Assembly (NCBI RefSeq): GCF_009914755.1
Contig: NC_060935.1
DNA length: 64,000 bases
Strand: one strand, 5' to 3'
From: the human T2T-CHM13v2.0 reference genome, Homo sapiens
Within the stretch, counting starts at the first letter, position 1; each line of letters opens with the position of its first letter. This document shows positions 29,912-45,409 of this stretch, piece after piece. Position numbers and translations under genes: made by a program. The notes under the pieces are model-generated. The model was not told where the DNA came from, did no database searches, and worked only from the letters and a program-made list of their open reading frames with translations.

Positions 29912-30785
29912 CCTCATACTCATGAGCAGTCACTTCCCATTCCCAGACCCTGGCAACTATGACTCTACTTTCTGCCTCAATGGATTTGCCTATTCCTAAC
30001 ATTTTATATAAATGAAATCATACAATAGGTAGTCTTTTGTTTCTGGCTTCTTTCACTTAGCATAATATTTTCAAGATTCATCCATGTTATGGCATATATC
30101 AGTACTTTATTCAATTTTATTGCCAAATAATATTCCATTGTATGCTTATACATATATCACATTTTATTTATTCATTCATTAGTTGTTGGATATTTGGGTT
30201 GTTTCTGCTTTTTGCCTACTATAAATAATGCTGAAATAAATATTCAGGTAAAGACACTTATATGATCAGATGTCCTTACTTCTCTTAAGTATGCACCTAC
30301 AAGTGGGATTTCTGGGCTGTATGGTGACTCTATGTTTAGCCTTTTGAAGAACTGCCAAACTGTTTTCCAAAGTGGCTGGCACCATTTTACATTCCCACCA
30401 GCAATATATGTGAGTTCCAATTTCTTCACACCCTCACTAAAACTTGTCATTGTCTATCTTTTTTATAATAATTTGTTTTATGGACTATGGTCTATACTGG
30501 AGAATGTTCCATATGCACTTGTGAAGAAAGTGTAGTCTGTGTTGTTGGGTGGAGTGTTCTATAGATGTCTGTTGGGTCTAGTTGGCTGATAGTGCTGCCA
30601 CTATTTCCTTATTGATCTTCAGTCATTAATGAAAGTAGGTATTGAAGGCTTCAACCATTATTGAGTTGCCTTTTGTTCCTTCAATCCACATAGAGCTCTT
30701 TTGTTAGATGTGTATAAGCTTGATTGTTATATCTTCCTGATAAATTGCACCTTGTTATTATAAAATGTTCTTCTCTTTTCTAATG

Positions 30786-30933
<148 letters not shown>

Positions 30934-33108
30934 TAGTAATAATTTCTGTCTTAAAGTCTATTTTGTTGATATTAATGTAGCCACTCCAGCTCTTTTTTGG
31001 TTTCTCCTTGCATCGCATACCTTTTTCCATATTTTTACCTTCAACCTCTTTATGTCTTTGAATCTAAAATATCTGTATTATAAACAGCATGTAGATGGAT
31101 TATGGTTTTGTGTCCAATCTCTGCCTTTCGATTGGAATGTTTAGGCCATTTACATTTAATATAATTACTAGTAAGGTAGGATATACTTCTGCCATTTTGT
31201 TATTTGTTTTCTATATTTCATGTGTTTTCTGATGCTCCATTCCTTTATTACTGCTTACTTTTGTGCTAAATAGATATTTTCTAGTATACCATTTTAATTC
31301 CTTTGTTTCTTTTACATTATTTTTTGAGTTATTTTTCTAGTGATTGCCTTGGGGATTAAAATGTACAACTTAACTTAAAACAATCTAGTTTGAATTAAAA
31401 TCAACTTAATTTCAAAATACAAATAATTTCAAAATAGTATACAAATAATTTCAAAATAGTATACAAAATCTTTACTCCAATATAGTTCTGTTCCCTTTTC
31501 CCTCCCTTTTACTTTTATTGTAACATAAATTACATTTTTATACATTATAACCATGTCAATACAGTTCTACAATTATTACCTTATGCAGTTGTCTTTTAAA
31601 TCGATGGAGAGAAAAAGAGTTACAGATATAAAATATTTATACTGTCTTTTATATTCATCTATGTAGTTCCCTTTATCAGTGCTCTTTATTTCTTCATGTG
31701 GATGCAAGTTGCTGTCTAGTGCCCTTTCCTTTTGTCCTGAAGGACTCCCTTCAGTGTTTCTTGCAGAGGGTCTTTTAACAAGATATTCTCTCAGTTTTTG
31801 TTTATCTGGAACTGTCTAAACTTTACTTTCATTTCTTTAAGGATAGCTTTGCTGGATTTAGTTTTTTTGGTTCCTAATCTTTTTCTTTCAGGATTCTGAA
31901 TACATTATCCTAATACCTTCTAGCTTCCATGAGAGTCAGATAGTAATCTTATTGAGGATCCTTTGTAGGTGATGAGTTACTTCTCTCCTGCTGCTTTCAA
32001 GATTCTCTTTGGCTTTGGCTTTTGATATTTTGACTATAATGTGTCTAGGTATGGATCTCTTTAGGTTTATCCTGCTATCAGTTTGTTGACATTCTGGTGT
32101 GTGTAAATTAATGTTTTTATTGAATTTGGAAAGACTTTAGTCATTACTCCTTCAAATATTCTTTCTGTCCTTTTCTCTCATTCTTCTTCTGGGACTCACA
32201 TAAGCTATGTTGGTAACTTGATTTCCTGCAAGTCTAAGCTCTGAGTTGGCTATAATAAAGACAAGCATTGAGAATGGATCTTCTCCAGGGATCTGCCAGG
32301 CAGGTCAAATAGTGACCCTTTTCTGGGTATGAGGCTTTCTGAAGAGCTCCAGACTCATTCTGTTTTCTTCAGTGGCCACTAGGCTCCTGGTTTTCATAGC
32401 ACAGTTCTGAGGCTAGCTGGTTTCCAAGATTACTGAGTAGCTCGTAAGAAGGATAGGATAAGTTTAAATGCTACAAAAATGTGCTATTCTTACTAACATT
32501 TAGTCATTTCTTAAATAAAACATTTTCAAATTATTGCAAGTTTTTGGTTAATTTCCAGAATTTTGAAAAATTAATTTTGACTATTTTTTTCCAGAGTTCC
32601 TGTTGCTTTTATGAAGGCAAAGATTTTAAGAGGTTCTCACCTGATCATTCCAGAGTGCTTTAAATTGTTTATGTAAACAGGGCCCTAAACCCCTAGTGGT
32701 GGCTCTATCTGAAAGAATGTCAGTGAGATAAAACTTAAGCCTTGGCAGCCAAAGTTATAAGGAAACAGAAATGATAAATAAGATGAGGAAGAGTAAGCAG
32801 AAGCTATAAAGTCAACAAAAATAGAGTACTGGGGAAGTATAAGGTATTGGTAGAGAGCCAAGTAAGGAGCAGATACACAGAGCTGCTGATTCACTTAATG
32901 GTCAAACAATAGAAGAAAGACACACAAACAGATGGCTTTGTGGTGCAATGAATAGCACATTGGACTTCTAGTGATGAAAGAAAGACACACAAATTTCTTC
33001 TGCTCCTCTTGCCCATTCTGCCACCTTGAAATCAGAACCATGTACTTGTTCCTGCTCTTCCTGAGATCTGTTCAGCTTCTTTGGGGATCTTTAAAATGAA
33101 ATGAAGTA

Positions 33109-33350
33109 CAGTTGACCTCCTTGAACAACACAGTTTGAACTTCACAAGACCACTTATACACAGATATTTTTCAACCAAACAGGGATCAAAAATACAGTAT
33201 TCATGAAATACAAAACCTGTGTATATTTCAGGCTGACTTCTCATATACACGGGTCTCACAGAGTTGACTGTGGGACTTGAGTATGCACAAATTTTGGTAT
33301 CCATGGGGCGTCCTGGAACCAATCCACCCATGTCTACCAAGGGATGACTG
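33109..33350 (+). mobile_element. MER8 (Tigger-derived MITE)
   Basis: cagttgacc..ttgaacaacac...gggatgactg flanked by TA on both sides. Confidence 0.85.
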
Positions 33351-33690
33351 TAATTTGAGTGAGTGCCTATGCCTTCTAACCAAAAGAGACAAATAAAATA
33401 GCCAGACAGAGAAAGGGAAAGGGCATTCCAGGCACAGCCAAGTCATAAAACAGCCTGGAATTTATGAAAAGATGAAAACTTAAATCCAGAATAGAAGAAA
33501 AGGCTGAGAACTAAGAGAAAGGAAAACAGTCAATAAGACTAAAAATAGGTTGCTTAAGTGGTTTCTGTGAAGAAGGAACAAAGTACACAGCTTTATGTCC
33601 TGCATTGCCAGAAATATGCCCAGGGTTTGGTTCCCTAAATTGGGTTAATACCCACAGAATCCAGACTGAAAGGATCTTGTTTCTTTAAAG

Positions 33691-34140
<450 letters not shown>

Positions 34141-34664
34141 AGCTCTGTTAGCCAAGAAAGCCGGCCTTTGCTTGGACTTAGCAGGGAGAAGCCCAGGCAC
34201 AATTAGGGGCAACATATGCACGGAGCTGGGCAAGGTGAGATTATTCACCCTCTATGGAGCCCACCTGCATGTGGCTAGTAGTGAAAAAGCCTCACTCTAG
34301 GTCGCAGAAGTCTCCTGCATCCCCACCACTGGCTAAGTGTAGAAGAGTGCAGAAAGGAGACAAGAGGGGGAGAACTGTGTGTAGTGAAAGCAGAGACCTC
34401 TACTCACCCTAATGAGAGGAGGGATCCAGAATATCCTAGATCCAGACTGATATTCACATTATTGTAAGTTCAAACCTCCACTTGAGTTTTACAGCTGCTT
34501 GGAACTGAACTGTGCTGATTTAAACCTAAACTCAAAATTATAAATGCAGAACAAGTCCTCCTTCAGGATATGCCTCTTATTTTCTTAATTGGTTATTGGA
34601 ATGTTCCATCTGCCTGTGGCTAAAGGGTTAGAGTGCCCTGGTCAATCCAGAGACTGTTCTACCT

Positions 34665-35335
34665 TGTGACAGGCCAGATCTCACTCCTGGCTGATCAGGC
34701 AGGCCTCTGTAACAGCTGTTTCAGCACTGACTGAGTGGTTAAATATTAAAAGCTGAAGAAGTCCCCTTATACAAAGACTAGAATGTAACAAAAGCCCACC
34801 AAGAGTTTTGCCTAGGCCTTTCCTGGGCCTTGAAGCATGACAAGATAATGAAAGAATTCTTAACAGGACCCATTTAGGATTAAACAAATTTTTATTGGAG
34901 GTCTGAAGAGACTCTCCAGACCTCCACAAACAAGTTTATTGGAGGTCTGAAGGTTTGGAGGTCTGAACTCCCCAAACCTCCATGATTTAGCAGGAGACAA
35001 GATAAGGGTAATCACCCCAGCACTGGGATCCATGTAGATTAAGTAAATTTACTTAGGTTCCAGAGGAATGTCTTCAGGACTCAGACCTTAGTTATAGATT
35101 AGAAGAAGTTAATCACTTATATCTTTAGATGCCTGCACACTTACACATAGACATATAGCTTAGAAGGTATATAAGCTCTGGAAAACTTTGTAATTTTGAG
35201 TTGGTCTGGCGATTTTTTCCAGGTCTTCTCCCTGTACCCGGTTACAAAAATAACTCTCTTCTTTCCCAGTTCATCTGCATCTCCATATTGGGCTGCAAGA
35301 ATAAGCAGCCTGACCCTCAGTTTGGTCTGGGAACA
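34665..35335 (+). mobile_element. ERV solo LTR (LTR66-like; subfamily uncertain)
   Basis: tgtgacaggccag...gtatataag TATA...gggaaca termini; internal tandem tttattggaggtctgaa units. Confidence 0.7.
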
Positions 35336-36210
35336 ATGTCTCCTCCAACCTCAATGGCAGGCTGTTGTGCAAGACCCTCATTCTCTAGCCTTCAGTAGCT
35401 TCGAGTTCACATAGTTTATTGATCCTCAACAGTAGAATCAACAGGGCAGCTTAAAAGGAAATTTTAAGTCCAAGCCACATCCCAGAGCAGTTAAATCAGA
35501 GTTTCTAGAAGTGGTTCAATCATTGCTATTTTCAGAAAGCCACCAAGGTGATTCTAACATGCAGCCAGGGTTGAGAACTGCTGAGGATTAAAGTTTTTGT
35601 GTGAATCCCACCTTCCTTCTGTCTGGTCTCTAATGCTTAAGAAAGGAGGGTCCCCTATGATAATGAGACCTGGACTCTTGGATAAGGAGGTTCATGAGAC
35701 TTAATTATTCCAAGGCTATGACATGGCAAAAGTGTCCAACAACTAATATGTATAATTAAAATTTATGATATATTTTGTGAGTCAATCATTCAACAAATAT
35801 CTATGGCATGCTTATTACATATCAGACATTCAGGATATAATAAATAGACAAAAATTCCTGCCTTCATGAAACTTACATCCTAGTGGGGGGAATAACAAAT
35901 TAGTAAAATATATGCTATGTTAAATGGTGACAAGTACTATGGGAAAAAATAAAGCAGAGAATAGGACCAGGAATTGCCCAGGACTAGGGAGGGTTTGCTC
36001 TTTTTAGAATGGCAGAGACTTAAGTCAGAGAGAGGAAGTAGCCCTGCAGACATTTGGAGAAAGAACAATCCAGGCGGTGGAGGATTACCCTAGGGTAGGA
36101 GTATGCCTACCATGTGCTAAGCTCCTTGCAGACATCATTGTATTTTATTCTCACACAACCCTTTAAGGGTGGTATTATCCCCATTTTCCAGTGTTCAGAA
36201 AGGATCAGCA

Positions 36211-37145
<935 letters not shown>

Positions 37146-37458
37146 CACCCCAGAAAGGATCAGTAGCTCATCCAAGGGCACAGTAAAAGTTGACGCTGAA
37201 ATTCCAGGTCTGTGCAACCTCAAACGTCCTGCTCTTAACCCCTACTCTACTGCCCCTGTCAGCATCACGTCTCACCCCTGCCACAGAGATGTCACAGGCA
37301 AGCAATGTCTGGGGAATGATGAGTGTCCCAAGGAGTAAGGGTGCTTGCATGCCCCATAACACACCTTGCCTCCCCACTACCACCAGTGCCAAAGCCTGGC
37401 TCCCATGCCAGGTGTTGATGCTGTCCTTCCACGCTTCTCTCCTCCTAAAGACCTCCAA

Positions 37459-37506
37459 TACACACACACATACACACACACACACACACGCACATGCACA
37501 CACACA
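37459..37506. repeat. (CA)n microsatellite
   Basis: tacacacacacatacacacacacacacacacgcacatgcacacacaca. Confidence 0.9.
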
Positions 37507-40500
37507 AGCACATCCTTTATCAAACAGGCCCAATCCTGTTTCCTATTCTTTCTGCTTCTTTCACTGATCTGCTCCCCACGGGGCGATCTCAGACCAGATC
37601 ACTCACTATTTCAGAGCTGTCAAGTTGACATAACAGAATCCTAGTATCTCAGAGTTTCTGTTTGGTGGTTAAGACCATCCTTCAGGGGCTTCCTCGGCCC
37701 CTAGGTACCTCTCTCAGCCCTAAGAGTGGTGTTCTAGGGGCAAACACTCAGATTACTCTTTTACTCTGACCTGAAGTCATCTCAAGGCATTCTCTTCCTC
37801 ATCAGTAACTACAGAGTTGTTTTGTTTTGTTCTGTTTTGTTTCTAGTAAGAGTGGCCCAGAGTGTGAGTACCCTGTGAGAGCCCAATAAAAGAGGTAGTT
37901 GGGGGTATGAGCTTTGGATTTGTTTGTTTGCATTTAAAAGGCACACTTGCAAGTGAGTCCTTTCTATATCCAGGAATTGACTAAGCCCTAGGAGGGGCAG
38001 TCCCTCCAGAATCAGCCAGGCCCCAGATGTCAAAACATCAAAAAATACAGAAAATAAAAAGACATGATGAAGTCAGTGCTGATTTATTTATCCATCTCCT
38101 CCTGCCTGCAGCACAGTGCCTGGCCATAGCAGATGGCTCAGTGGTTGCTCACAGAAAAGACTAAGAAGAGCAGCACAGAAAAACCAGTTATGTCTCGGGA
38201 GACACACAAGGGTCGGAGTGGGAGGTGTTGATCACACTGTTTTCCATCCCTGACAGGCAGCAGACAACAAGATTGGAGGGACAGGTAGCAGGAAGGGGAG
38301 TTCTGATGTAGGATGAAGGAAGTACTTTGAGAGAGAGGCAATCTCAGTAGGACCCCACCACGAGCAGGCAAGTGGGACAGCTGGAGATCAGGAGGGCTCC
38401 AGACATCACAAGGGCTCCTCCTTATACCACTGAGCCCAGGTGAGCCACAGTCCTTCCCAGGGTCTACACAGACATCACCTCCTGCATTTGCCATCACTAC
38501 CCCCTCCCCAGTCTAACTCTTGAAAGTCCTGAAATGCCTGTGATTCTGGCTGGAGCTGCCGTCCTCATCCCAGGTAATGGACTCATCACCTGCCCTCCCC
38601 TCTTGCCTGGTGCCTGGGCAGCTTCCATTGTTCTCTGGAGCTTGGCTGGCTGCCAGGCCTTAAATCCAAAAGTTACTTTCTTTCCTATGGTGGCACAAAA
38701 GGAAGTTTTGCCCCTTAGATGGATTTTTTTTTCACCATTCTTCCCCACAATGACCAGACTCTGAAAGGAATAGCAAATGACTTTTTCCTCTTGGCAGAGT
38801 AGTGAGATCTTGATCAGTCCAAGCCCAGAATGTTTGTGGATCAACATTCACTCAGCAAACCTCGATGAATCGTGATGTGGGACGAAGAGGGTAAACTCAC
38901 AGCATTTAACAGGGGTTATTCTACAATCAAATGCATGCTTGACAGTGGCAAAGTGCTTCTGCACATTTGCTTTTATCTTAGATCTATCACAGCTCTGCAA
39001 AGAGGTGAGGGAGTATATTATTCCTATTTTATCCATGTTGGAAACTGAAACTCAGAAAGGTCAAATAACTTGCCCAAAGGTCACGGCAAGAACTAAGAGC
39101 TTCTAACTCCCCTATGGAATATTCTGGTCTCATCCCTGCTGGGAGACACTGCTTCTAGACTTCAGGGCAAAGAGGGGGAGCTTCTTGTCTTCTGTTCAGG
39201 AGGCAGGAATAGTAGAAGAGCACAGATTTTGGAGCCAGAAAATGTAGACTTGAATCCGTTCCTACCCCTCACCAGCTGTGTGACCTTAAGTGTGTTACTT
39301 AATATCTCTGAGGCTCCATCTCCTCTTACGCAGAGAAGAACAGGCTACCCCCTCACAGGGATTTTGTAAAGACTCAGTGAATCAACTCTAATAACACACC
39401 TGGCTTAGTGCATGACACAAAGTAGCGGTGCAAAAAGTGCTGGTTCTCTCTGTTCTTCTGTGCTGGGGCAACAGTTTAGCCACATGCAAAGGGGCCACAT
39501 ACTCATTCTCAGAGTCCTGAGCTGGACAGGAGCCCCAGGAGCTGACAGTTTGAGGTTTGTGGGCTATGACTAAGGGGTGTGAGATTTTCCAGCATGATGC
39601 TCACACAAAACCCCGAATGTGAGGTTGGGGGTGAGTACAGCATGCTGGCGCCTGAGCAGAAACCCTCAAGGGACACTTGGAAATCATGACTTAAGAATAC
39701 TTGGGTGTGCAGTGGCATCAGAGGGGTCAGGGGAAGCATGCTGAACTTCACAGTGGCTCTCCCACGCAGTTGGGCAAATTCTTTGGGCCTCCCTGATTTT
39801 CCTTAATAAGCCCTTTCTGTCTTCACTCTCCAAGAACTCATTAAATCCTTTCTTGATGCTATTTTCATTCTGTGGTTCGAATATCAGAGTAAGGAGTGCC
39901 ATAAAATTGTCCCCAGCAGGAGATTTCTTTCGTGAATCCTGAAATAAATTTTGTCCAGCTTTAAGGAGTGGTGGCCACTCCGAGACTCAGCAAACATGTC
40001 AGCTTCGACCCTGACTGTGACTTGATTTTACAGCATGTTGCTCCTGCCAATCAGTGCGTCCCTGATGGACATGTCTTCATTTATTCAGTCAGCTTGGCTT
40101 AGTGTTCATTCTTGAGAAAATCCAGCCTGGTCCCTTAGGACCTTCCATTAATAGACTGGCTTTGTTGCAGTCACTACTCCGACCCTGCTGTTTCCTCTCA
40201 GTTTAGTTGCTTTGCCAATTCACTTTCACTCCAGCCTTCTCTTACACTTTTCAGCCTCCTGTCACAATGGAGGCTTAAATGGGCAGCTTCTCTCTACTTG
40301 GAAGGACGAATGCCAGATAAGGGTGGGTTTGAGAAGGATTCAGGGGCCAGGACCACACCTTACCCAGAGCCTGAGCATTACCCTTGCTGTTCTGGGTCTG
40401 CTCCATCCTTTTTGTACCTTGGATCCTGCAATTAAAAGAGAAAGCAGAGACTGCCTAGCTCACAGACCCCGAGGATAATTTACTGACTTCATGGCACCTG

Positions 40501-40784
40501 AGAGTGTCATGAATGCCTGGCTCAAGCCCAGCTCCAGAGAGTACATTTCAAAAAATGTCAAATAGATGTAAAGTACCCCCTCCCCACTGGTATTGCATAT
40601 TATATGATTTCACTGAAACCCCATCCTGAACATCGCCATAAGAACATCATCATAGAACCCACATTCTCTGACTAGCACTGGGGGCATGATTAGGGACAAT
40701 TAAAGCACAAATGCAGTGTTCATTCCCAATTAAAAGAGATTTGACTTCAAAGGTCCAATATGAATTCTTTCCTTAAAGAAGCAC

Positions 40785-41030
40785 ACTAGAGCATGGTAAT
40801 TAGAGATTCGGGTTCTAGTGCCAAACTACTGGATTCAAATCCAAGCTCTGCCACTTGCTAGCTGTGTGACTTGGGCAAGATGTTTAACCTCTTCTGTGCC
40901 TCAATTTCCTCATTTGTAAAATAGAAATAATAATAGCAATCAACTTGTAGGGATGCTGTGAAGAATAAAAGTGTCAGTACATATAAAGCGCATAAAACAG
41001 CACCCAGCAGATAGCAAGTGCTCAGTAAAA
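40785..41030 (+). mobile_element. MIR SINE
   Basis: ggattcaaatccaagctctgccacttgctagctgtgtgacttgggcaag..tgcctcaatttcctcatttgtaaaat is the MIR core. Confidence 0.85.
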
Positions 41031-41462
41031 GGAGCACTCGCCAGTCTCCTCTTGATGGACTTTTATACTGCATGGAGCTCCCTGGGAGTACACAGACAGA
41101 AGTTTCCAGATGGATGTGGGGTCTTTCAAAATCCTGACATCAGCAACATTTTATGTGAGTTCCCCAATGTCCACAGTCATGGTTCAGACAATGACCAAGA
41201 TTATGCACATTTCACACACTGTCTATAAGAAAGATGAGCCCAGTGTAGTCATCCCCCACCCCGCTTTCCAATATTTTTGAGAGAAGTTCCTCAACTGCCA
41301 CAGTAAAGAAGTCTTTATCAATGCAACCCCAACAGTCCAGCGTCAGCCATGGTGAAGGCCAATTGTGGTCTCCCAGTGAATGACGGACACAAATAAGTCA
41401 GAAAATACCCTTCACTCTCAAGGTAGGAATAATTTCATATATCTTCAGTTCTCATATATGGC

Positions 41463-41985
41463 TAGGGGGGTTCTCAAACATTTTATTTAAATCTCATTTA
41501 AAATTTATTTTAACCATCTAAACAAACCATAATGACAATGTGGTATATACCCAATTTTGATACATAGAGGCCACCAGCCCATTAGCTTAGGATGCCAGAT
41601 TAACTTATTTTTATGCAGGCCTCTGAATGAAGTTTTCTCGTTTTAATTAAAAATTACCCCGAGACTAAAAGTCAAGCTGTGAAAAGGCTACTGCTGTTTG
41701 CAACTACTCAACTGTATAAATCGGGATTTCTTGGTGCTATGCAACCCAAACCAAAATCTAGAGAGAAACTGGTTGCCAAGACTGATACAACTCTGTAATT
41801 TGATGCATAGGCCCTGATTTCAATTTCCTGTGCTCATCAAAACAACATCATTCACATCGATACAGAGTAGGTATCACCAATTACAAAATATATGCATGCT
41901 CATAAAATACTGCTCTCATCTCTTATGTGTTTAAGGGTTCCAAATAAATATTTTATTATTGAAAGAAGTCTGAAATCCCACTATA
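41463..41985 (+). mobile_element. Ancient Charlie-type hAT relic with a decayed transposase C-terminal (dimerisation) motif
   Basis: ggttctcaaac TIR-like start; ctgctgtttgcaactactcaactgtataaatcgggattt reads LLFATTQLYKSGF, resembling the hAT L.F.TTYLCE.GFS motif. Confidence 0.55.
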
Positions 41986-44334
41986 ATTGTTATAATGTAT
42001 GCCAGTGTCCCTCAAAACCCTCCTCCACGCCTCTCCCAGAGCAATGCAATCTCTCCATTATACGCCTATGATTGTGACTCTCTCCTACTTGAAAACTTTC
42101 AGCAGCTCCTCCCATTCCCCATAAGACAAAGTGAGGACTCCTCGGCTTGGCAGACAAGGGCATAGCAATCTCATTCCCACACACTGTTCACTGGCATCTC
42201 TTGTTCCCTGGCATCAGTCCCTGCTCCAGCTGCACAGAACTACTTGGTATTTCCTAGGAAATGTCAGGTATTTTCATGCTATTCCCTTGGTCCCAAATGC
42301 CCTTATCTCTCTCCCGCTCCCAGCCACCTCCCCTCACTCCAACTCAGGTCTGAAATTCATCCGTCAGGACCCAACTCAAGCAGCATCTCCTTAAGCAGCC
42401 CATGGCTCATTGGTGCCCCTGTAGTGCCTTACGCCTGGCTCTATAGTGAAATCATCAGCGTGCATCTCCACGTTCCCCACCTGATTGAGAGCTTCTGCTG
42501 ATGTAGTGATGTATTTGTCTTTATATTCTGGCACACACAGGTGTTTAATAACGTAGAAGGAAGAGAGGGAGGAGAAAGAGGGAAGAGGGAAGAGGACAGA
42601 AGGGGAGGAAGTGACAGCCAAGCCTCTCATGCCATGCCTGCCCACCTCCCAGGATCACAGAAATAGCCCTTCCAGATTAAGCTGTGTTCCTGGACTACCT
42701 GCATGACTACTCTTTTCCATGCTCTTTCAAGATAATAATACCTTTGATTCCATTTCAGCGTGGTGGCACTGAATAACGTTTGTGAAGCAGCGTTACTCCT
42801 ATTATACAGATGAGGTAACTGAGACCAGAGACATAAGGTGATGGGCCAGAATTCTGCCAAGGGCCTGGTCTAATTCCTCTAAGGGCCCAGTTTACCATCA
42901 CTGTGTGTTCAGTTCATATGTATGTGTGTGTAAGTCTGCACACTTTGGTGGGGCACTGTGGTGGGAGGAACATGGCTTAGTCTTTTCTATTAAAGAGATG
43001 ATTGAGCCAAAGCTACCATTTCGTGAATTAGAAGCAGCATTTTGCCTTGGGCTTTTTATTCTGTGCAAATAGGTTGGTATGGAAACCATGCTTCTGAGGT
43101 TGCAATCAAAACACCATTTGCCTCTATTGGTGTTCTTAAAATGCTACATGCTGATAGTAGATGAGAAATTTTTACATTTACCACATCAATTCTTTCTTGT
43201 CAACAAGCATCTATCTATAAATGGTTGTAAAGTAATTGTAGCAAACTCTTTCAAAATATTCCATATTTGTGCTCTAACAGCAAACAATAAATATAGCTAC
43301 TTTGACTAGATGGTAAGCTCCGTGAAGGTAGTGATATTTCATTCATCTCTGGGTGCTCAAGGATTAGATAGGGAATGGCACCAAGGAGACATTCAGTAAA
43401 TGGGGTTTGATTGGATAAACAAGACAACTGGCAGATTTGCCAACACAGGTTAACCACAACCTTTTACACTGTCCTAGCCCTACACAACCTTCAAAGCCTT
43501 CTTGCTACTTTACTTGGTCTTCCCACCTTTTCCGCAAGTTAAACAGGCGACATATTATTAGTTCCATTATGCAAAGGAGAAAATAGAAACTCAGCAAAGT
43601 CCAGTGACTTAGCTGGGCTGGTCAACAAGCACCGGAATCCAGGTTAGAACCCAGACTTGCCAGCTCCTGGGGAAACACCCTCCCCTCCTCCTCACGCAGC
43701 CCCACCGCCCTGCCCCACTCCACCGAATGCCTCCACACACTGAACAGCCAGTACCTGCTCAACAGGCTCCAGAACACCCACAACTGACTCCCATACCTTC
43801 TCCGCTGTTTCATGAGCACCTCTATGTGATTTAGTTTAATGCAGACCTCTCCAAAATGCATCTGGACTCACAGCCCAGCTCCTCTTCCACAGCTTTTCCT
43901 TGACCCTGCACATCCCTTTTTTCCTAATTAGCTTTGGCTTACCTTAGTTTTCACTGAAGTCTGCCCTGCGAGAGTTCTGGAGTACGGTGTATTTGTACAC
44001 TAGAGTTTTTTTTGGTGTTTATCGACATTAATTTCTAGGAGGCTATGTGAGTGGGGATGATAATGAATCACTCTGGGTACTTTTCCGCAGAGAATGAGCC
44101 CAGGGACCACCATGGCGGCTGGGCTGATGCGGACGTGGAGCTCCCTGAAATGTAATCAGGGGATGCTTTACAGTGCTTTAGGGAAGTAGGGACTCACAGG
44201 AGAGAGGTCTGTTTCTGTCATCTTGCCTTTTTGTCTCACTCCAACGGTTAGGAGTAACCATCAATACCCATGGAGACCAGATGGGAGAAGCCCTTCCTGC
44301 TCCGGGCTGCTCACTTTAGAGGGCCCGCCCCCCG

Positions 44335-44451
44335 CAGGGCCAAGACCAGAGTGAGGCAGGAGCCAGCCTGCCTTTGTATGACCCTGAGAGTGATGCCTCC
44401 TTCAATTTTGCACTGAGGCACGTCACCTGCCTCACCCTAGTCCCAGCCCTG
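44335..44451 (-). mobile_element. MER96-like hAT-Tip100 MITE
   Basis: TIR-like cagggccaagaccagagtgaggc / gcctcaccctagtcccagccctg. Confidence 0.6.
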
Positions 44452-44739
44452 CTGTCCTGGCCCTTCTTTGACCAGACCCACCGTAAGGGGAGAATTTGCA
44501 ATGTTGACGTCCTGTGCCTACCCAGACCTGCGTCTCTCTCTCTCTAGATCCTGAAATTCCCAAGGTCCCTGAGCCCGCTTCCAGAGGCTGCACAGGTACC
44601 CCTGCTGGGCATACCCCTAAGCAGGATGGAGTGTCTGCACGGCTGTGCAGACAGCCCTTAGCTGAGGGCGTGGGGAGAAAAGGTGGCCAGAAGCCTACTC
44701 TCTTCATCAACCAAGCTCCAGGACAGAATCCAAAAATTC

Positions 44740-44920
44740 AAGGATTCAAAATTTGGATCTGACCTTCCATATTTTTATATGGTCTATTTTTTATGGTAGG
44801 AAGATAGAACGTTTTTAGTTTAACAGTGTGTTAGGGTGATGTATTACTCTGAACTATTTAGACATGTGGTATACGGGCCTCTATCCACACTCTTGTCTGG
44901 ACCCCATAAATGTGAGCCTG
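44740..44920 (+). mobile_element. MER45B-like hAT fragment
   Basis: tttaacagt..tatttagacatgtggtatacgggcctc..cataaatgt resembles the MER45B end. Confidence 0.5.
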
Positions 44921-45332
44921 GAGGAGTCTTGAGAGAGGATGACCCAAACGTCAGAAGACTCTGTGGAGAAATGACCCCTACACACACACCTACTACTATA
45001 GGTCTCTATTGCTTGTATAGGACCATTGCAATGAATTCTTTGTCGGATTTATGATCCTGCCTGCCAGGTAAAGTGTCCAGGTGGTATGTAAGCATGTGTA
45101 TGAGGGGATAGGCTTAACATGGTCACTCACGAAGGATGAGCCATTTTTGCTGAGGATGAAGCATGGTCATTTGCAAGAGAATTTCCCTGACATTGTCCAT
45201 TGAAGGAGGCAGCTAAACATGGTGGGGCCCTGCACATGGAAAGTGGCTAGAATCAGATCTGTCCCTCTCACAATTAGGGGAGCAGCTCTGCAGAGTCTTA
45301 CCTCGGCGTCCTTACACTTCCTCCCTTCAGTC

Positions 45333-45409
45333 GAGCACAGTGACACATCTATAATCCCAGCACATTGGGAGGCCGAGGCAAGCGGATCATTTTAGGTCAG
45401 AAGTTCGAG
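45333..45409 (+). mobile_element. Alu 5' fragment
   Basis: tataatcccagcacattgggaggccgaggc..ggtcagaagttcgag. Confidence 0.8.
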
